Part shown: piece after piece, positions 61,798 to 64,000 of the stretch
Position numbering within the stretch: position 1 is the first letter of the stretch
Layout of the letters: each line of letters starts with the position of its first letter
Assembly (NCBI GenBank): GCA_963740315.1
Contig: CAVUDP010000002.1
Coordinates: 3,168,001 to 3,232,000, forward strand
Direction of reading: 5' to 3'
DNA length: 64,000 nucleotides
Source of the DNA: an uncultured cyanobacterium
GTDB lineage: Bacteria > Cyanobacteriota > Cyanobacteriia > Cyanobacteriales > Nostocaceae
Position numbers and translations under genes: made by a program
The notes under the pieces: model-generated
What the model was told of the DNA's origin: nothing
Database searches by the model: none
The model's input: the letters and a program-made list of their open reading frames with translations, nothing else

Positions 61798-61950
61798 AAA
61801 GATTTTAATTCTTCGTATTTGAGAATTTGCCTATAGATGAGAGTCGGGTTTCTATATTTTCTACTAATATAATTCTTAGGATTGAAACGGGTATCGGAAA
61901 GTTTCCAATGCTCAATGCCCAATTCCCCATCCCCAATTCCCAAGTATAAA

Positions 61951-62451
61951 ATGTTTAGCAGACCTCAACCGATACAACCAGAACCCGGACAAGAATCAGT
62001 ATGGGATTATCCCCGTCCCGCTGTTCTGCAAGATACCGATAAACACATTCAAATTATTTTTAACGGCGAAACCATTGCAGACACCAAACGAGCCAAGCGC
62101 GTTATAGAAACCAGTCATCCTCCCAGTTACTATATCCCTCCCGAAGATATCAAAATGGAATATTTAATTAAAACACCGCATTCGAGTGTTTGCGAGTGGA
62201 AAGGGATTGCCAATTATTACACCATCAAAGTCGGCGATAAAGAAGCACAGAATGTAGCTTGGTTTTATACCAATCCCACAGAAGCATTTGTAGATATCAA
62301 AGATTATGTAACTTTTTACGCTCATCCAATGGATGCTTGTTACATAGATGGTGAAAAAGTCGAACCTCAACCGGGAAACTTTTACGGTGGTTGGATAACT
62401 AAAGATATCGTTGGACCATTTAAAGGTATTCCCGGTAGTTGGGGATGGTGA
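61951..62451 (+). CDS. DUF427 protein
   Basis: ESVWDYPRP, ETSHPP.YY, CEWKG, FYGGWIT. Confidence 0.88.
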   Translation: MFSRPQPIQPEPGQESVWDYPRPAVLQDTDKHIQIIFNGETIADTKRAKRVIETSHPPSYYIPPEDIKMEYLIKTPHSSVCEWKGIANYYTIKVGDKEAQNVAWFYTNPTEAFVDIKDYVTFYAHPMDACYIDGEKVEPQPGNFYGGWITKDIVGPFKGIPGSWGW

Positions 62452-62476
62452 AGAGAATTAGGAGTTAGGAGTTAGG

Positions 62477-63180
62477 AATTGTAAGACTTAACATCATCAA
62501 AAATCAAATTGTAGTGCGAGCATCTTGCGATCTTGAATTATCAGTTATCAATCAGAAATTGTAAGACTTAACATCATCAAAAATTAAATCGTAGTGCGAG
62601 CATCTTGCTCGCTCGAATTATCAGCTATCAGTTATCAGTTATCAATCAGAAATTGTAAGACTTAACATCATCAAAAATTAAATCGTAGTGCGAGCATCTT
62701 GCTCGCTCGAATTATCAGTTATCGGTTATCAGTTATCAGTCAGGAATTGTAAGACTTAACATCATCAAAAATCAAATTGTAGTGCGAGCATCTTGCGATC
62801 TGGAATTATCAGTTATCAATCAGAAATTGTAAGACTTAACATCATCAAAAATCAAATCGTAGTGCGAGCATCTTGCGATCTGGAATTATCAGTTATCAGT
62901 TATCAGTTATCAATCAGAACTTGTAGGACTTAACATCATCAAAAATTAAATCGTAGTGCGAGCATCTTGCGATCTGGAATTATCAGTTATCGGTTATCAG
63001 TTATCAGTTATCAATCAGAAATTGTAGGACTTAACATCATCAAAAATCAAATCGTAGTGCGAGCATCTTGCGATCTGGAATTATCAGTTATCAGTGATCA
63101 GTTATCAATTCAGGGTTAAAAATTAAAAATTAAAAATTAAAGGTTAAGGTTTTCCTAGCGAGCAAGATGCTCGCACTAAC
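62477..63180. repeat. Seven-unit REP/STRR array (family E) with an inverted terminal copy
   Basis: GTA[AG]GACTTAAC at 62481, 62561, 62655, 62749, 62829, 62923, 63024. Confidence 0.93.
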
Positions 63181-63246
63181 TCTTAACTCCTAACTCCTAA
63201 CTCCCAACTCCTCACTCCTAACTCCTAACTTATTCTACCCAATTCC

Positions 63247-64000
63247 CTACTTCTCAAATATCAAATAAGTCCCTTCTAAGCCTTCTATAATTGTGCGAGT
63301 ATTGGCTGTCATCATCTTTTGATAAGTGTCTGCATCGCTTCCGGGTACACCAAGATTTTCAGCAAAAAGCTGTCTTTCGGATATATTTATCCGTGCTTTT
63401 TCTGCTACAGATTTGATTAATTGAGGACTAATTGTAGGCTGGGCAAAAATTGTGGGTACTTGAGTTTTTTCTAATGTTTTAGCTAATAGTTTAACTTTCG
63501 TATCTGATGTTTGTTCTGTAGAACCAATAAATCTCAAGGTGGCTGGCAATTTCAAGCCATAAGCACGAACGTAATAAGCCATTGCATTATTAGTTGTGAC
63601 TAAGGTACGCTTTCTTTCAGGAATGCTGTCAATTCTGGTTTTTATCCAACTATCTAACTGTAAAAGTTCATTTTTGATTTTTTTAGTATTACTCTGATAA
63701 ATTTCGGCATTTTCGGGTATTGTTTTGGCTAAATTAATACCGATCGCATCTACCATTTTGGCAGCGTTTTTAGCGTTGTGCCATACGTAAGGATCGGCAA
63801 CTTTCCGACCGTTTCTAGTTATCATTAATGGTGTGGGTACGGCAATTTTCGCTACGGGAATTTTAGGTGCAGAATTTTTACTTGCAAAAATAAATTTTTC
63901 TAAACCAGGTTCTAAATTGTAACCGTTAAAAATAATTAATTTTGCTTGATTTATCGCTTGCTGGTCTGCTGGTGTTGGCTGATAAAGTTTAGGATTGATT
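63247..64000 (-). CDS. Metal (Zn/Mn) ABC transporter substrate-binding protein (5' part off the window)
   Basis: FNGYNLEPGL, DPYVWH, LVTT, YYVRAYGL; frame is open upstream of the ORF-track start. Confidence 0.85.
   Translation of the reverse strand, partial: INPKLYQPTPADQQAINQAKLIIFNGYNLEPGLEKFIFASKNSAPKIPVAKIAVPTPLMITRNGRKVADPYVWHNAKNAAKMVDAIGINLAKTIPENAEIYQSNTKKIKNELLQLDSWIKTRIDSIPERKRTLVTTNNAMAYYVRAYGLKLPATLRFIGSTEQTSDTKVKLLAKTLEKTQVPTIFAQPTISPQLIKSVAEKARINISERQLFAENLGVPGSDADTYQKMMTANTRTIIEGLEGTYLIFEK

Noticed and set aside
62477..63110. CRISPR array
   Set aside because: Spacers are TTATCAG heptamers rather than unique sequences, the repeat is too long, and no cas genes are in the window
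1..64000. Abundant GCGATCGC sites as a novel repeat
   Set aside because: This is the well-known cyanobacterial HIP1 octamer

Overview
AT-rich chromosomal window from a heterocyst-forming cyanobacterium (Nostocales; Rivularia-like by inference). Support: very frequent HIP1 octamers (GCGATCGC), heptameric STRR repeats, and nrrA with its NtcA box. Mostly housekeeping genes (bolA/grxD, nrrA, rsmG, argC, uvrC, vipp1/pspA, menB/menD, folB, rbsK, codA) mixed with accessory genes. Accessory genes include a split and partly decayed MprF cluster, TA genes, a (Thr-Asp-Ala)n hyper-acidic protein, a SET-domain protein, a sugar ABC operon with a nonsense codon, a patatin with an inserted module, an iota-type carbonic anhydrase lipoprotein and a DgcA/DgcN-like pair. 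The most striking layer is non-coding. An HUH/Y1 (RAYT/IS200-like) transposase is flanked by direct copies of a 65-bp palindrome. At least five GTAG-REP-like families are present, often nested, with two amplified REP arrays (about 45.0 kb and 62.5 kb). Five genes take their TAG stop codon from a REP. No rRNA, tRNA or true CRISPR array was seen. All product calls come from motif recognition by eye, not from database searches.
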